NCBI RefSeq assembly: GCF_024298765.1
Contig: NZ_CP101210.1
From: Escherichia coli
Lineage (GTDB): Bacteria; Pseudomonadota; Gammaproteobacteria; Enterobacterales; Enterobacteriaceae
Direction: 5' to 3' (one strand)
Length of the DNA stretch: 64,000 bases
This document shows, one piece after another, positions 61,233-64,000 of the stretch. Below the pieces are notes generated by a model. The model saw nothing but the letters and a program-made list of their open reading frames with translations, was not told the DNA's origin and made no database searches. The number at the start of each line of letters is the position of its first letter. Position 1 is the first letter of the stretch. A program made the translations under genes and the position numbers.

Positions 61233-63005
61233 ATGCGTACAGAATATTGTGGACAGCTCCGTTTGTCCCACGTGGGGCAGCAGGTGACTCTGTGTGGTTG
61301 GGTCAACCGTCGTCGTGATCTTGGTAGCCTGATCTTCATCGATATGCGCGACCGCGAAGGTATCGTGCAGGTATTTTTCGATCCGGATCGTGCGGACGCG
61401 TTAAAGCTGGCCTCTGAACTGCGTAATGAGTTCTGCATTCAGGTCACGGGCACCGTACGTGCGCGTGACGAAAAAAATATTAACCGCGATATGGCGACTG
61501 GCGAAATCGAAGTACTGGCGTCCTCGCTGACTATCATCAATCGTGCAGATGTTCTGCCGCTTGACTCTAACCACGTCAACACCGAAGAAGCGCGTCTGAA
61601 ATACCGCTACCTCGACCTGCGTCGCCCGGAAATGGCTCAGCGCCTGAAAACCCGCGCTAAAATCACCAGCCTGGTGCGCCGTTTTATGGATGACCACGGC
61701 TTCCTCGACATCGAAACTCCGATGCTGACCAAAGCCACGCCGGAAGGCGCGCGTGACTACCTGGTGCCTTCTCGTGTGCACAAAGGTAAATTCTACGCGC
61801 TGCCGCAATCCCCGCAGTTGTTCAAACAGCTACTGATGATGTCCGGCTTTGACCGCTACTATCAGATCGTTAAATGCTTCCGTGACGAAGACCTGCGTGC
61901 TGACCGTCAGCCTGAATTTACTCAGATCGATGTGGAAACTTCTTTCATGACCGCGCCGCAAGTGCGTGAAGTGATGGAAGCGCTGGTGCGTCATCTGTGG
62001 CTGGAAGTGAAGGGCGTGGATCTGGGCGATTTCCCGGTAATGACCTTTGCAGAAGCAGAACGCCGTTATGGTTCTGATAAACCGGATCTGCGTAACCCGA
62101 TGGAACTGACCGACGTTGCCGATCTGCTGAAATCTGTTGAGTTTGCAGTATTTGCAGGTCCGGCGAACGATCCGAAAGGCCGTGTTGCCGCTCTGCGTGT
62201 TCCGGGCGGCGCATCGTTGACCCGTAAGCAGATCGACGAATACGGTAACTTCGTTAAAATCTACGGCGCGAAAGGTCTGGCTTACATCAAAGTTAACGAA
62301 CGCGCGAAAGGTCTGGAAGGTATCAACAGCCCGGTAGCGAAGTTCCTTAATGCAGAAATCATCGAAGCCATCCTGGATCGTACTGCCGCGCAAGATGGCG
62401 ATATGATTTTCTTCGGTGCCGACAACAAGAAAATTGTTGCCGACGCGATGGGCGCACTGCGCCTGAAAGTGGGTAAAGACCTTGGTCTGACCGACGAAAG
62501 CAAATGGGCACCGCTGTGGGTTATCGACTTCCCGATGTTTGAAGACGACGGTGAAGGCGGCCTGACGGCAATGCACCATCCGTTCACCTCACCGAAAGAC
62601 ATGACTGCTGCAGAACTGAAAGCTGCACCAGAAAATGCGGTGGCGAACGCTTACGATATGGTCATCAATGGTTACGAAGTGGGCGGTGGTTCTGTGCGTA
62701 TCCATAATGGTGATATGCAGCAGACGGTGTTTGGTATTCTGGGTATCAACGAAGAGGAACAGCGCGAGAAATTCGGCTTCCTGCTCGACGCCCTGAAATA
62801 CGGTACTCCGCCGCACGCAGGTCTGGCATTCGGTCTTGACCGTCTGACCATGCTGCTGACCGGCACCGACAATATCCGTGACGTTATCGCCTTCCCGAAA
62901 ACCACGGCGGCAGCATGTCTGATGACTGAAGCACCGAGCTTTGCTAACCCGACTGCACTGGCTGAGCTGAGCATTCAGGTTGTGAAGAAGGCAGAGAATA
63001 ACTGA
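61233..63005 (+). CDS. aspS: aspartate--tRNA ligase
   Basis: 590 aa, class II aaRS; [24 protein letters not shown]. Confidence 0.95.
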
Positions 63006-63122
63006 TATGACTCAAATACACGAAATCATTCGCGTTGCATCGAGGCGGCAACTGAGTGAACTCCCATGAGCATAGATAACTATGTGAATGGGATGAGCGA
63101 AGGCAGTCAACGAAGAGGCAGC

Positions 63123-63575
63123 GTGAAGGATAAAGTGTATAAGCGTCCCGTTTCGATCTTAGTGGTCATCTATGCACAAGATACGAAACGGGTGCTGATG
63201 TTGCAGCGGCGTGACGATCCCGATTTCTGGCAGTCGGTAACCGGCAGCGTGGAAGAGGGTGAAACCGCGCCGCAAGCTGCCATGCGCGAAGTAAAGGAAG
63301 AGGTCACCATCGATGTTGTCGCTGAACAACTGACCTTAATTGACTGTCAGCGCACGGTAGAATTTGAAATTTTTTCACATTTACGTCATCGCTATGCGCC
63401 GGGCGTGACGCGTAATACGGAATCATGGTTCTGTCTTGCGCTCCCGCACGAACGCCAGGTCGTCTTCACTGAACATCTGGCCTACAAGTGGCTTGATGCG
63501 CCTGCTGCGGCGGCGCTCACTAAGTCCTGGAGCAACCGGCAGGCGATTGAACAGTTTGTAATTAACGCTGCCTGA
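63123..63575 (+). CDS. nudB: dihydroneopterin triphosphate diphosphatase (Nudix), GTG start
   Basis: Begins (V)[17 protein letters not shown]; Nudix box [21 protein letters not shown]; 150 aa. Confidence 0.85.
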
Positions 63576-63603
63576 ACAGGCAGGGCTATCTGGAGATATT
63601 TTT

Positions 63604-64000
63604 ATGGCAGGTCATAGTAAATGGGCCAACACCAGACATCGTAAAGCTGCGCAGGATGCTAAGCGCGGTAAAATCTTCACTAAAATCATTCGTGAGCTGG
63701 TAACCGCGGCTAAGCTGGGCGGTGGTGATCCGGACGCTAACCCGCGTTTGCGTGCAGCAATTGATAAAGCACTGTCTAACAACATGACCCGTGACACTCT
63801 GAACCGCGCAATTGCACGAGGTGTGGGCGGTGATGATGATGCAAACATGGAAACCATCATCTACGAAGGTTACGGTCCTGGCGGCACTGCAATCATGATT
63901 GAATGTCTGTCTGACAACCGCAACCGTACCGTTGCTGAAGTGCGTCATGCATTCAGTAAATGTGGCGGTAACCTCGGTACTGATGGTTCAGTAGCCTATC
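63604..64000 (+). CDS. yebC: YebC/PmpR-family transcriptional regulator, 5' part only (runs off window end)
   Basis: Starts [33 protein letters not shown]; no stop before the window end. Confidence 0.85.

Noticed and set aside
61830-62602. 249-aa and 106-aa minus-strand ORFs
   Set aside because: Antisense to aspS; shadow ORFs.

Overview
The window reads like an Escherichia coli-type chromosome. Bases 1-21459 are the integrase-proximal arm of a P2-like prophage inserted at the 3' end of a tRNA-Leu (leuZ-type) gene next to yecA. On the minus strand it carries baseplate and tail-completion genes J (partial), W, V, S, R, a lysis cassette (nested spanins, an M15-peptidase-type endolysin, holin), then X, L, M, N, O; on the plus strand terminase P and portal Q. 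These are followed by an AT-rich three-gene cargo operon (10979-13506), replication gene A, several small early genes, a cox-like/repressor switch, two AT-rich morons and a tyrosine integrase ending at a 55-nt duplicate of the tRNA-Leu 3' end. The rest (21.6-64 kb) is conserved core chromosome: yecA, tyrP, yecH, ftnA, yecR, azuC, yecJ, ftnB, araFGH, otsBA, uspC, flhDC, motAB-cheAW, tar-tap-cheRBYZ, flhBAE, argS, yecM, cutC, torYZ, cmoBA, yecN, yecE, yecD, aspS, nudB and the start of yebC. The most interesting locus is the cargo operon, which sits exactly where P2 carries tin/old, a known defence hotspot. It encodes a 459-aa protein with a GHKL / anti-sigma-factor-kinase-like N-box (ELLDNAERHCG), a 114-aa STAS-like small protein and a 269-aa membrane protein. 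I cannot assign it to any named defence system from the sequence alone and flag it as a candidate undescribed anti-phage module. All calls come from reading the ORF translations, gene order and motifs; no database search or computation was run, and coordinates of non-ORF features are approximate to a few bases.
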